NCBI GenBank assembly: GCA_037440005.1
Contig: JBBIUY010000004.1
Span: forward strand, 1 to 64,000
Source: Armatimonadota bacterium
GTDB lineage: Bacteria > Sysuimicrobiota > Sysuimicrobiia > Sysuimicrobiales > Kaftiobacteriaceae
DNA: 64,000 nt
Direction of reading: 5' to 3'
Position 1 is the first letter of the stretch, and each line of letters starts with the position of its first letter. Positions 1 to 11,192 of this stretch are shown here, in pieces. Made by a program: the position numbers and the translations under genes. The notes beneath the pieces are model-generated. The model worked only from the letters and a program-made list of their open reading frames with translations. It ran no database searches and was not told the DNA's origin.

Positions 1-210
1 TTCCTGACGACCCGGGTGCTTCCGGCCTACCGGGCGGCGGGGTGGCCGATCCGCCAGGTGCTCACCGACCAGGGCAAGGCGGAATCCGTGTACGCTGGCT
101 TCGAGGGTCATAGGCGGTCCTCCCCGTCTCCCCATGCCGGGGGACTATCCAACGGGAAGGATACGTCATATGACCCTCCCTTGCTGTAAACACCAAACTG
201 AAACAGTTCA
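1..210. mobile_element. IS481-family insertion sequence remnant (rearranged)
   Basis: + strand 1-75 reads FLTTRVLPAYRAAGWPIRQVLTDQG, like an IS481 integrase core. The - strand from ATG 111 (GGAGG RBS) reads MTLEASVHGFRL, like an IS481 transposase N-terminus. An AT-rich end TGAACTGTTTCAGTTTGGTGTTTACA starts at 210 on the - strand. Confidence 0.6.
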
Positions 211-213
211 CCC

Positions 214-1611
214 CTAGGGGGACGAAGCCGGAACCGCGCTGCGCAGGTACCGGTCGATGGCCTGCGCCCCCTTCCGGCCGTCGGCCAGCGCCGTCACCAC
301 CAGGTCGGGTCCGCGGACCGCGTCGCCGCCCGCGAACACGCCGGGCAGGTTGGTGGAACCGTCGGGGTTGACCTCGTAGGTCCCGCCGGCGGTGGTGCGC
401 GGCCCGCCGGCGGCGGGGACGGGAGAGCCGTCAAAGCCGAACGCCAGCACGGCCAGGTCGGCGGCGATGGTGAACTCGCTGCCCGGCACGGGTACCGGCC
501 GGCGCCGTCCCTCCGCGTCGGGATCGCCCAGGGTCATCCGGATGCACTCGATGGCGGCCAGGTGGCCGGCGCCGTCGTCCACAAACCGCACCGGCGCCGC
601 CAGCCAGACGAACTCCACCCCCTCGTCCCGGGCGGCCTGCACCTCCCGCCGGCTGCCGGGCATGTTGGCTTCGTCCCGTCGGTAGACGCAGGTCACCTGC
701 CGGGCACCCAGCCGCACCGCGGTGCGCAGGCAGTCCATGGCCGTGTCGCCGCCGCCGAGCACGACCACCCGCCGGCCCGAGAGGTCGTCCCGGCAGGCGG
801 GGTCGGTATTGTGGCGCACGAGAAACGGCAGTGCGTCCACGACCCCGTCCAGGTCGATGCCCGGCAGGGACGGACGCTTGGGCGTGGTGGCCCCGGGGGC
901 CAGGAAGACGGCGTCGAACCGGCGGCGCAGGTCGTCCAGCGAGACGTCCCGTCCCACGTGGATCCCGCAGACGAACCGGATGCCCAAACGGCGCAGGTAG
1001 TCCACCCGTCGGTCCACCACCGCGGGGTCGAGCTTGAAGCCCGGGATGCCGTACCGCAACAGCCCCCCGGGCTGCGGGTGGGCGTCGTACACCTCCACCG
1101 CGTGTCCCCGCAGCGCCAGCGCCTCGGCGCACGCCAGGCCGGCGGGCCCCGCGCCCACCACCGCCACCCGGTACCCGGTGAGCGGGGGCGGCGGCGGCGC
1201 CGGAAGGCCCTCGCGGGCGATGGCGTACTCGTTGATGAAGCGCTCCACCGCGCCGATGGCCACCGGCTCCTGCTTGACGCCCAGGACGCAGGCGCCCTCG
1301 CACAGCCGGTCATGCGGGCACACCCGCCCGCAGATCTCGGGCATGGGGTTGGTCGTGCGGGAGAGGTGGGCCGCTTCCACAAAGCGTCCCTGGGCGGCCA
1401 GGACCAGCCATTCCCGGATCGGGTTGTGCAGGGGGCAGGCGGCGATGCAGGGCGCCTTGCCGCACTCCAGGCACCGGCTGGCCTCGGCCGCCGCCTGCTC
1501 GGGCGTGTAGGTCAGCGTCACCTCGCAGAAGTCCCGCACCCGCTCGTCCGGGGGCCGGCGGGGCACGGGGACGTGCGGCAACCTGACGCGTTCGCCTTTG
1601 GCGACGGGCAT
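214..1611 (-). CDS. gltD: GltD/SudA-family NADPH-dependent Fe-S flavo-oxidoreductase (glutamate synthase small-subunit-like)
   Basis: [36 protein letters not shown] and GGGDTAMD motifs; ATG 1611 with GAGGAGG RBS; no gltB in the window. Confidence 0.85.
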   Translation of the reverse strand: MPVAKGERVRLPHVPVPRRPPDERVRDFCEVTLTYTPEQAAAEASRCLECGKAPCIAACPLHNPIREWLVLAAQGRFVEAAHLSRTTNPMPEICGRVCPHDRLCEGACVLGVKQEPVAIGAVERFINEYAIAREGLPAPPPPPLTGYRVAVVGAGPAGLACAEALALRGHAVEVYDAHPQPGGLLRYGIPGFKLDPAVVDRRVDYLRRLGIRFVCGIHVGRDVSLDDLRRRFDAVFLAPGATTPKRPSLPGIDLDGVVDALPFLVRHNTDPACRDDLSGRRVVVLGGGDTAMDCLRTAVRLGARQVTCVYRRDEANMPGSRREVQAARDEGVEFVWLAAPVRFVDDGAGHLAAIECIRMTLGDPDAEGRRRPVPVPGSEFTIAADLAVLAFGFDGSPVPAAGGPRTTAGGTYEVNPDGSTNLPGVFAGGDAVRGPDLVVTALADGRKGAQAIDRYLRSAVPASSP

Positions 1612-1675
1612 GGACCGCCTCCTCGGGGCCGTGTTGCGTCCGCCCGCCAGTATACCGGTCCGGTCCGGAGGGCCC

Positions 1676-1693
1676 ATCGGGCCGGCAGAGGGT
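1676..1693 (-). promoter_or_regulatory. Operator half-site (CCGAT) with -10 TATACT (1649-1654) for the gltD-like gene
   Basis: CCCGATGG, 21 nt to TATACT; the distal half-site is degenerate. Confidence 0.45.
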
Positions 1694-1754
1694 CGGCGGA
1701 TCGGGCCGTCGTCCGAGGGCGCCGGCGGGGGGTAAACTGGGCGCCGGAGGACAA

Positions 1755-1800
1755 ATCGGTCGCCAGCCCGATGGGGAACCGGCGCACGGGCCGGTACCGT
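1755..1800 (+). promoter_or_regulatory. ATCGG-N8-CCGAT operator (1755-1772) with -10 TACCGT (1795-1800) for maeB
   Basis: Perfect consensus; 22-nt spacing to -10. Confidence 0.7.
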
Positions 1801-1836
1801 GGTGGCCGGACGGGTCCAGCCGGGAGGAGGAGACCA

Positions 1837-4106
<2,270 letters not shown>

Positions 4107-4110
<4 letters not shown>

Positions 4111-4778
4111 CGGCCCGGGACATCATGACGACGCCGGTGGTGACCGTGCGACCCGCCACCCCGGTCCGGGAGGCCGTGGCCCTCATGCTGGAGCACCGCA
4201 TCAGCGGGCTGCCGGTGGTGGACGAGCGCGGGGAACTGGTCGGGATCGTCACCGAAGCCGACCTGCTGCCCAAGGAGGTGGTGCCCCGGCCCCAGCCGCC
4301 GGTGGTGGACTGGATCGGGCCGTCCCTGTGGGTGGAGCGGTGGCTGAGCGCCTATCGGAAGGCCGAAGGGCGCACCGTGGGCGAGGTGATGACCCACCAC
4401 GTGATCACGGCCACCGAGGACACGCCGGTGCGGGAGATCGCCGCCCGCATGTTGCGGTATCAGATCAACCGGGTGCCCATCGTCCGGGGTCATCGGGTGG
4501 TAGGCATCGTCACCCGCGCCGACGTGCTGCGGGTGTTCTTGCGGAGCGACCAGGACCTGGAGGAGGACGCCCGGGCCGCCCTGGAGGAGCTCCTGTTGCC
4601 CGACGAGGACGTCCGGGTGGAGGTCCGGGAGGGCGTGGTCGTCCTCCGGGGCCGGGTGGCCTCCCCCGGCCGCCGGACGGCGCTGCGCGCGCGCCTGGAG
4701 CGCATCGACGGCGTGATCCGCATCGACGACACCGACCTCCGGCACGACTTTCCGCTGGCCAGCGGTCTGTGGGAGTGA
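4107..4778 (+). CDS. CBS-pair plus BON domain protein
   Basis: [22 protein letters not shown], second CBS repeat, C-terminal [16 protein letters not shown] overlap with maeB. Confidence 0.85.
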
Positions 4779-4862
4779 GGCCGCGTTCGGGGCGAGCCTC
4801 GCTGCGGGCCTGAATCCCCGGCCGGCTGTTCCTGGAGGCCCCGTCGGTCCCCCGCAGGTCCG

Positions 4863-5747
4863 TCACCGCAGGCTCCAGCGGTGGGGCACATGGCAGGAGG
4901 TGCAGGCCCCGACGTCGCGGGCACCGGACGCCACCACGGCGGCGGGGTGCAGGGCGGGGGCGGGGGAGGGGTGGCAGGAGACGCAGGCGGCCACCGGGCG
5001 GGCCTGCTCGTGGGGCTTGTGGCAGGTGCTGCAGGCGAACCCCGTGTGGGGCGCTCCGTCCGGGAACCCGGCGGTGCGCCGGGGCGGCAGCGCCTGGTGG
5101 CACTGCAGGCAGGTCTGCCGGGTGGGCCGCAGGGGGCTGTCCGGCCGCAGGTACTGGTGGCAGTCCACGCAGTGGAAGTCGGCCATCTGGGCGATCGTGA
5201 TGGCCCGGGCGCCGACCGCCTGGGCCTCGTGGCACCGGGCGCAGACGTCGGCGACGGCCCGGATGCGGTGAATCCCCGTCGCGTGGCAGGTCACACACTC
5301 GATCCCGCGGCCGGTGGCGTGCACCTGGTGACCGGCGGTCCGGGCCACCTGCGCCCAGGCCGGATCGCCGCTGGCGTGGCAGGCCCGGCACCGGGCCGCC
5401 GGCACCACCGCGTGCCGGCCCACCCGGCGGGGCCGGCGGACGGCGAAGACGATCACCTGCCGCGCCGACTCGAGGACGCTCTGCTGGTGGCAGGCGTGGC
5501 AGTTCACCCCACGGTGCTCGCTGGTGGCCCAGCGGTCCCAGGCGGCTTCCATGATGTGGCAGGACCGGCAGAACGCCGGGTTGTTCACAGTGTAGTCGTA
5601 GGCGGTGTAGCCGGCCAGGGCCGCTGCTGCGGCCGCGGCCACCGCGGCGACGATGACCGCGACCCGCCAGGGGCGCGGCCGACGGGGGACCGCGGACCCC
5701 GGGAGAGCCGGGGCGGAGTGGTCCGCAGGCCGCGGCGACCGGTCCAT
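4863..5747 (-). CDS. Membrane-anchored decaheme cytochrome c with NapC/NirT-like N-terminus
   Basis: N-terminal TM helix, PAFCRSCHIM, 10 CxxCH motifs counted. Confidence 0.85.
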   Translation of the reverse strand: MDRSPRPADHSAPALPGSAVPRRPRPWRVAVIVAAVAAAAAAALAGYTAYDYTVNNPAFCRSCHIMEAAWDRWATSEHRGVNCHACHQQSVLESARQVIVFAVRRPRRVGRHAVVPAARCRACHASGDPAWAQVARTAGHQVHATGRGIECVTCHATGIHRIRAVADVCARCHEAQAVGARAITIAQMADFHCVDCHQYLRPDSPLRPTRQTCLQCHQALPPRRTAGFPDGAPHTGFACSTCHKPHEQARPVAACVSCHPSPAPALHPAAVVASGARDVGACTSCHVPHRWSLR

Positions 5748-5752
5748 GGCGC

Positions 5753-6265
5753 TTACGGGTAGACCTGCAGGAGTTTCCGCAGGGTGGCGTCGGCCACCGA
5801 GGGCGGCGCGGCCAGCCAGATGGCAAGGGAACCGCTCTGGTAATAGTAGTGCCGCTGCCCCAGCCCGTCGGTGGCGAAGACCGTGCGACCGGAGATCTCC
5901 AGCGCCCGCGGGGCGGTGAAGGGGGTTGCGGCCCCGGCGAGGCGCCGGGTCATCTCGAACAGCAGCATCGTGGTGCGCGGCGGCGAAGAGGACGCGCTGA
6001 TCCAGACCGTCAGTCCACCGCCGTAACGGGCCACCAGCCCGTCCACGGCCTCGATGCGGCGGCCGTGCAGCCGGGCCAGCTCCGCCAGCGCCGCGGGGCC
6101 GCGGATGGCCGCGACCAGGGCCGACCCGGCCAGGATGGGGGGAGCCTGCAGGTCTCCGGCCGGGGGAGCGGCGGGGGGCCTGGCGTTGGCCAGCAGCGCC
6201 GCCACCGCCGCGACGCCGATCACGGTCAGTCCCGCGGGCGTCAGCATCCGCCTCGCGCGCCGCAC
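5753..6265 (-). CDS. Exported or membrane-anchored hypothetical protein
   Basis: N-terminal hydrophobic segment; lies between gltA and the decaheme cytochrome on the same strand. Confidence 0.65.
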   Translation of the reverse strand: MRRARRMLTPAGLTVIGVAAVAALLANARPPAAPPAGDLQAPPILAGSALVAAIRGPAALAELARLHGRRIEAVDGLVARYGGGLTVWISASSSPPRTTMLLFEMTRRLAGAATPFTAPRALEISGRTVFATDGLGQRHYYYQSGSLAIWLAAPPSVADATLRKLLQVYP

Positions 6266-6334
6266 ACCGCCCTCCTCCGTCGGCCCAGTCCGGCCGCTGG
6301 GCCGTCGCCCCGGCGCCGGTCCGGGGAGGTCACC

Positions 6335-7660
6335 TCAGGCGGCCCGTCCGGCCCGCCGTTCCGTCACCGGGACGTAGTCGCGGGCGTCCGCACCCACGTA
6401 CACCTGCCGCGGCCGGCTGATCCGCTGCTCGGGGTCCTGGAGCATCTCCTCCCACTGGGCCAGCCACCCCGACGTGCGCGGAATGGCGAACAGCACCGGG
6501 AACATCTCCACCGGGAATCCCATGGCCTGGTAGATGATCCCCGAGTAGAAGTCCACGTTGGGGTACAGCTTGCGGGAGACGAAGTAATCGTCCTCCAGGG
6601 CGATGCGCTCCAGCTCCAGGGCGATGTCCAGCAGCGGGTTGCGCCCCGTGACCTCGAACACCTGGTAGGCGATCTGCTTGATGATCCGCGCCCGGGGGTC
6701 GTAGTTCTTGTAGACCCGGTGGCCGAACCCCATCAGCCGCACCTCGCCGGCTTTCACCCGCCGGATGTAGGCCGGGATGTTGGCGGGGCTGCCGATCTCG
6801 GTGAGCATGCGCAGGACCTGCTCGTTGGCGCCGCCGTGCAGGGGCCCGTACAGGGCCGCCGCGGCCCCGGCCAGCGCCGAATACGGGTCGGCGTGGGAAC
6901 TGCCGATGGACCGCATGGCGTTGGCGCTGCAGTTCTGCTCGTGGTCGGCGTGGAGGATGAACAGCACGTCCAGCGCCCGCTCCAGCACCGGATGGGGGGT
7001 GTACTTCAGCTCGGTGGTCTTGAAGAGCATGTTGAGGAAGTTGCCGGTGTAGGACAGGTCGTTGTCGGGGTACGCGTAGGGCAGGCCGCGGCTGTGCCGG
7101 TAGGCGAAGGCGGCGATGGTGGGCATCTTGGCGATCAGCCGGACGATCTGCTTGCGCCGCACCGCCGGGTCGTGGATGTTCTTGGCCTCCGGGTAGAAGG
7201 TGGACAACGCGCCCACCGTGCCGATGAGCATCCCCATGGGGTGGGCGTCGTAGTGGAAGCCGTCCAGAAACTTCTTGATGGACTCGTGGATCATGGTGTG
7301 GTGGGTGATCTCGTCCACCCACGCGTCCAGCTCGGCCCGGGTGGGCAGCTCCCCGTGCAGCAGCAGGTACGCGGTTTCCAGGTAGGTGGAGCGCTCGGCC
7401 AGCTGCTCGATGGGGTACCCGCGGTACCGCAGGATGCCCCGCTCGCCGTCGATGAAGGTGATGGCGCTGCGGCACGACGCGGTGTTGGTGAACGCCGGGT
7501 CGTAGCTGAGCAGCCCGAAGTCGTCGTCGGACACCTTGATCTGACGCAGGTCGGCCGCCCGGATGGCCGCCCCGTACCGGGGATAGGTGCCGTAGAAGAT
7601 GGGGATCTCGTAGGTCTTCCCGGTGCGGTTGTCGGTGATGGTCAGCGTGTCGCGGCCCAT
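6335..7660 (-). CDS. gltA: Citrate synthase
   Basis: LHADHEQN, GPLHGGAN, GFGHRVY and YPNVDFYSG catalytic motifs. Confidence 0.95.
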   Translation of the reverse strand: MGRDTLTITDNRTGKTYEIPIFYGTYPRYGAAIRAADLRQIKVSDDDFGLLSYDPAFTNTASCRSAITFIDGERGILRYRGYPIEQLAERSTYLETAYLLLHGELPTRAELDAWVDEITHHTMIHESIKKFLDGFHYDAHPMGMLIGTVGALSTFYPEAKNIHDPAVRRKQIVRLIAKMPTIAAFAYRHSRGLPYAYPDNDLSYTGNFLNMLFKTTELKYTPHPVLERALDVLFILHADHEQNCSANAMRSIGSSHADPYSALAGAAAALYGPLHGGANEQVLRMLTEIGSPANIPAYIRRVKAGEVRLMGFGHRVYKNYDPRARIIKQIAYQVFEVTGRNPLLDIALELERIALEDDYFVSRKLYPNVDFYSGIIYQAMGFPVEMFPVLFAIPRTSGWLAQWEEMLQDPEQRISRPRQVYVGADARDYVPVTERRAGRAA

Positions 7661-7708
7661 GGGACCCCTCCAGCAATCAGGGTGCGGGCGGCCCGCCCGC
7701 CTGGCTTG

Positions 7709-7753
7709 ATTCTACGTCCCCGGTAGGGTGGGGTCATCAGGCACGGGCTGGAT
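7709..7753 (-). promoter_or_regulatory. Operator ATCCA-N8-CTGAT (7736-7753) with -10 TAGAAT (7709-7714) for gltA
   Basis: 21-nt spacing; in tandem with the 7758-7775 site. Confidence 0.6.
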
Positions 7754-7755
7754 TC

Positions 7756-7803
7756 CCATCGGGCGCCAGGCGGATGGCGCGCCCGTGAGGGCGCCCGTAG
7801 GAT
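7756..7803 (+). promoter_or_regulatory. Operator CCATCGG-N8-CGGATGG (core 7758-7775) with -10 TAGGAT (7798-7803)
   Basis: 22-nt spacing; lies between divergent gltA and the kinase gene. Confidence 0.7.
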
Positions 7804-7818
7804 GAAACGGGTGATCGG

Positions 7819-9447
7819 GTGGCGGCCCCCCGGCTGGTCCTGGTGTTCTTCGCCTACGGCCTGGCCTTTTTCGCCATGGGCCTGGCCATCGCCCTGGAGG
7901 CCCGGCGGTCCACCGAGCTGCGCCTGGCCCGCAGCCTGGGCTACCTGGCGGCCTTCGGCCTGCTGCACGCCGGCGTGGAGTGGATCGACATGTGGCTGCT
8001 GCTGCCGCTGGCGCTCCCGCCGCCGACGGTCACCGCCCTGCGGGTCGGCCGCCTGGGCCTGTTTGCGGCCGGCACCCTGCTGCTGGCCGCGTTCGGCACC
8101 TCCCTGATCGGCCACCTGTCCCCCCGCCACGGGTGGGTGCGCTGGGTTCCCCCGCTGCTGTGCGCCTTCTGGCTGGGCTACTGGGCGGTGGGCCCCCACG
8201 TGAACGTGCTGGCCGCGCCGGGCCGGTCCCCCTGGTCGCCGTCGTGCCTGCGCTGCCACGACGGCGTCGCCCTGCCGTCCCGGACGGAAGCGTGGGCGCC
8301 GTCGGTGGCGGTGGCGGACATCTGGGCGCGGTACCTGATCTACCTGCCCGGCTCCCTGTTCGCGGCGGCCGGCCTGTTCCTGCAGGCCCGGAGGTTCGAG
8401 CAGGGAGGGTACGCCCGCATCGCCCGGGACTGCCGGTGGATGGCCGCGGCGTTCGTCGCCAACGGGGCGGTGGCCGGACTGATCGTGCCGCCGGCGGCGT
8501 TTGCCCCCGCCTCGTGGCTGAACTACGACCGGTTCCTGTCGGTGGTGGGGGTGCCGCCCCAGGTCTTCCGGGCCGCCCTGGCGGGGGTGATCGCCTTCTT
8601 CGGGGTGCGCGTGCTGCGGGTGTTCGACCTGGAGTACGCGCGCCGACTGGCCGAAGCTCAGGAAGGCCGGCTGCGGGCCCAGGCCGAGGCCCTGGAGATC
8701 GCCCGGAAGGCGGCCGCCGACGCCGCCGCCTGGAGCCGGGAGCTGGAGGCCAAGGTCCGGGAGCGGACTGAGGAGCTGTTCGAGCAGGTCCGCCGCCTGG
8801 CCATCCTGGAGGAACGCGACCGGCTGGCCCGGGAACTTCACGACAGCCTGGGGCAGGTCCTGGGATTCGTCAACCTCAAGGCCAAGGTGGCCGAGGACCT
8901 GATCGCCCGCGGCCGCGCCGTCGAGGCCGGCGAGGAGCTGGGCCAGATGCGGGCGGCGGTGCAGGACGCCTACGAGGAGGTCCGCCAGGCGATCCTCAGC
9001 CTGCGGACGGGTCCCCAGCCCCGGGGGCTGCTGCCCGCTCTGCGGGAGTACGTGGACCGGATGCGGGAGCAGACCGGGCTGGACATCCGGCTGGAGGCGC
9101 CCGGCGACGTGCGCCTGCCCCCGGCGGCCGAGACCCAGGTGATCCGCATCGTCCAGGAGGCCCTGGCCAACGTGCGCAAGCACGCCCGGGCGTCCCGGGT
9201 GTGGGTGCGGTTTGCCCGCCAGGGGGAGGGGACCGTGGTGATGGTGACCGACGACGGCCAGGGGTTCGACCTGGCGCAGGTCCAGAGCGCCCCCGGGGCG
9301 CGCTTCGGCCTGCAGACCATGCGGGAGCGGGCGGAGAGCGTGGGCGGCACCCTGACCGTGGAGACGGCGCCGGGGCGAGGGACGACGGTGAGGGTCTTCA
9401 TCCCGGGAGGGGAGTCCGATGGAGCGCATCCGGGTCCTGGTGGCTGA
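7819..9447 (+). CDS. Multi-TM sensor histidine kinase (HisKA_3/NarX-type) with CxxCH in a loop
   Basis: About 7 TM helices, SCLRCHDG, ERDRLARELHD H-box, DDGQGFD ATPase box. Confidence 0.9.
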   Translation: MAAPRLVLVFFAYGLAFFAMGLAIALEARRSTELRLARSLGYLAAFGLLHAGVEWIDMWLLLPLALPPPTVTALRVGRLGLFAAGTLLLAAFGTSLIGHLSPRHGWVRWVPPLLCAFWLGYWAVGPHVNVLAAPGRSPWSPSCLRCHDGVALPSRTEAWAPSVAVADIWARYLIYLPGSLFAAAGLFLQARRFEQGGYARIARDCRWMAAAFVANGAVAGLIVPPAAFAPASWLNYDRFLSVVGVPPQVFRAALAGVIAFFGVRVLRVFDLEYARRLAEAQEGRLRAQAEALEIARKAAADAAAWSRELEAKVRERTEELFEQVRRLAILEERDRLARELHDSLGQVLGFVNLKAKVAEDLIARGRAVEAGEELGQMRAAVQDAYEEVRQAILSLRTGPQPRGLLPALREYVDRMREQTGLDIRLEAPGDVRLPPAAETQVIRIVQEALANVRKHARASRVWVRFARQGEGTVVMVTDDGQGFDLAQVQSAPGARFGLQTMRERAESVGGTLTVETAPGRGTTVRVFIPGGESDGAHPGPGG

Positions 9448-10078
9448 CGACCACGCGCTGTTCCGGCGGGGTGTGACATCCCTGCTGGCCGGTCGGGAAG
9501 ATCTGGAGGTGGTGGGCGAGGCGGCCGACGGGGACGAGGCCGTGGAGCGGGCGCGGGAACTGATGCCCGATGTGATCCTCATGGACATCAAGATGCCCGG
9601 CACCGACGGCCTGGCCGCCACCCGTCAGATCAAGGCCGAGATGCCCTATGTGAAGATCCTCATGCTGACGGTCTCCGAGACCGACGAGGACTTGTTTGAG
9701 GCCATCAAGGCGGGGGCGTCGGGCTACCTGCTGAAGAACGTCGACCCCGAGTACCTGGTCACCTGCCTGCGGCAGGTGCAGCGGGGGGAAGTGCCCATCG
9801 CCCCCGCCATGGCCAGCAAGATCCTGCGGGAGCTGGCCACCCCGCCCGAGCCGGCCCCGCCCTTGACGGGACGGGAGCGACAGGTCCTGGAGCTGCTGGC
9901 GGCCGGCAAGTCCAACAAGGAGATCGCCCTGGACCTGAAGATCTCCGAGAACACGGTCAAAAACCACCTGCGCAACATCCTGGAAAAGCTACACCTGCAG
10001 AACCGGGTCCAGGCGGCCCTGTACGCCGTCCGCATGGGGCTGGTCCGGCCTCCCGGCGAGCCCGCCGGACCGTCCTAG
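9419..10078 (+). CDS. NarL/LuxR-family response regulator
   Basis: VADDH, LMDIKMP, GYLLK; LTGRE..SNKEIA HTH. Confidence 0.95.
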   Translation: MERIRVLVADDHALFRRGVTSLLAGREDLEVVGEAADGDEAVERARELMPDVILMDIKMPGTDGLAATRQIKAEMPYVKILMLTVSETDEDLFEAIKAGASGYLLKNVDPEYLVTCLRQVQRGEVPIAPAMASKILRELATPPEPAPPLTGRERQVLELLAAGKSNKEIALDLKISENTVKNHLRNILEKLHLQNRVQAALYAVRMGLVRPPGEPAGPS

Positions 10079-10259
10079 CCCGCCCGGACCGGCCCGGGGG
10101 GTGAGTTCCGCCAGCTCCCCTCCGTCGGGGGCCCGATCTCCGCGCGTCGGCGGTGGCACCGCCGGTGCCCTGCCCCGGCCGGGGACCGGGGCCCGGACGG
10201 ACCGGCGCGGCTCCCACCTGCGGAGCGGGGCGGCCTCCGCCCCACAGTGACCCTCCCAA

Positions 10260-10305
10260 ATCGCCCGGGGACTCGATAGGCGGCAAGTGGCTGCGGCCGT
10301 ACGGT
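10260..10305 (+). promoter_or_regulatory. Operator ATCGC-N8-TCGAT (10260-10277) with -10 TACGGT
   Basis: 22-nt spacing; closely resembles the 11130-11175 promoter. Confidence 0.6.
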
Positions 10306-10322
10306 CGAGGTGGAGGTGGATT

Positions 10323-10697
10323 GTGCGGCCGCGGGTGTTCATCTGGTACAGCCACCCCCTGTTCGCCAGCGCCATCGAGGCGTTGCTGCGCCGGCAGGGG
10401 ATGGCGTGCGCGGGGGCGGCATCCGATCCCGATCAGGTCCTCCCGGCCATCGCCCGGACGCGGCCTGACGTGGTGGTGGCCGACCCCGTGGTGGAGAGGG
10501 AGCACCCGCAGGTGGTGGCGGAGGTCATCCGCACCTGCGAGCCGATCCGGGTGCTGATCCTCGACCCGCTGGAAGACGCCATGCGGGTGTACGACAGCCG
10601 CGGGTGCGGCGCCGCGCGGCTGGACGCGGTGGTGCGGGCGATCGAGGAAGCGGCCGGACGGGCGGTGCAGCCCGCATCCGGGCGAGGGGAGGGATGA
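10323..10697 (+). CDS. Atypical stand-alone receiver-like protein
   Basis: GGAGGT RBS and GTG start; REC-like pattern (RPDVVVAD) without the DD pair or conserved Lys. Confidence 0.6.
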   Translation: MRPRVFIWYSHPLFASAIEALLRRQGMACAGAASDPDQVLPAIARTRPDVVVADPVVEREHPQVVAEVIRTCEPIRVLILDPLEDAMRVYDSRGCGAARLDAVVRAIEEAAGRAVQPASGRGEG

Positions 10698-10942
10698 CAG
10701 TGCATCCGGTGGGCATCGCCCTGGCGTTCCTGGTGTTCTGGTCGTTGGTGGCCGCCGGGGCCTTCCTGTGCGTGACCTGCCTGCGGCGGCTGGCGCGCTG
10801 GCAGCGCGCGCTGACCGGGGGCGGCCGGGTGGCCCTGGCCGAGGGCGTGGGAGCGGTCCTGCACCTGGCGGGCCTGGCCGCCGGGGCGAGCCTGGTGGCC
10901 GCCGGCCTGTACGCCACCTACGTGGTGCTCCTGGCCCGGTAG
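10694..10942 (+). CDS. Small 2-TM membrane protein
   Basis: ATGA overlap, GGAGGG RBS, two hydrophobic helices. Confidence 0.65.
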   Translation: MTVHPVGIALAFLVFWSLVAAGAFLCVTCLRRLARWQRALTGGGRVALAEGVGAVLHLAGLAAGASLVAAGLYATYVVLLAR

Positions 10943-10975
10943 CGCGGGAGCTCCGGGTCCCCGGGGGTGAGGACG

Positions 10976-11086
10976 GTGGACGAGCGCAACCTTGCGCTGG
11001 AGATCATGATCACGCTGGCGATGGTGGTCGCTACGGCGTTCGTGGCCACGTTCGTGGTCTCACTGATCAACGCGGTCTGCCGCTGA
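10976..11086 (+). CDS. 36-aa single-TM peptide (MDERNLALEIMITLAMVVATAFVATFVVSLINAVCR)
   Basis: GAGGA RBS and GTG start; hydrophobic; below the ORF-track cutoff. Confidence 0.5.
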   Translation: MDERNLALEIMITLAMVVATAFVATFVVSLINAVCR

Positions 11087-11129
11087 CGCGGCGCGCGCAC
11101 GGTGCTGTAAGTCTGCCGGCGGACCTGCG

Positions 11130-11175
11130 ATCGATCACCCGCCCGATAGGCGGCTCCCGCCTCCGGTCCTATGGT
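11130..11175 (+). promoter_or_regulatory. Operator ATCGA-N8-CCGAT (11130-11147) with -10 TATGGT
   Basis: 22-nt spacing; upstream of the heptaheme cytochrome. Confidence 0.7.
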
Positions 11176-11192
11176 GGAGGCGGGAGCGCTCC

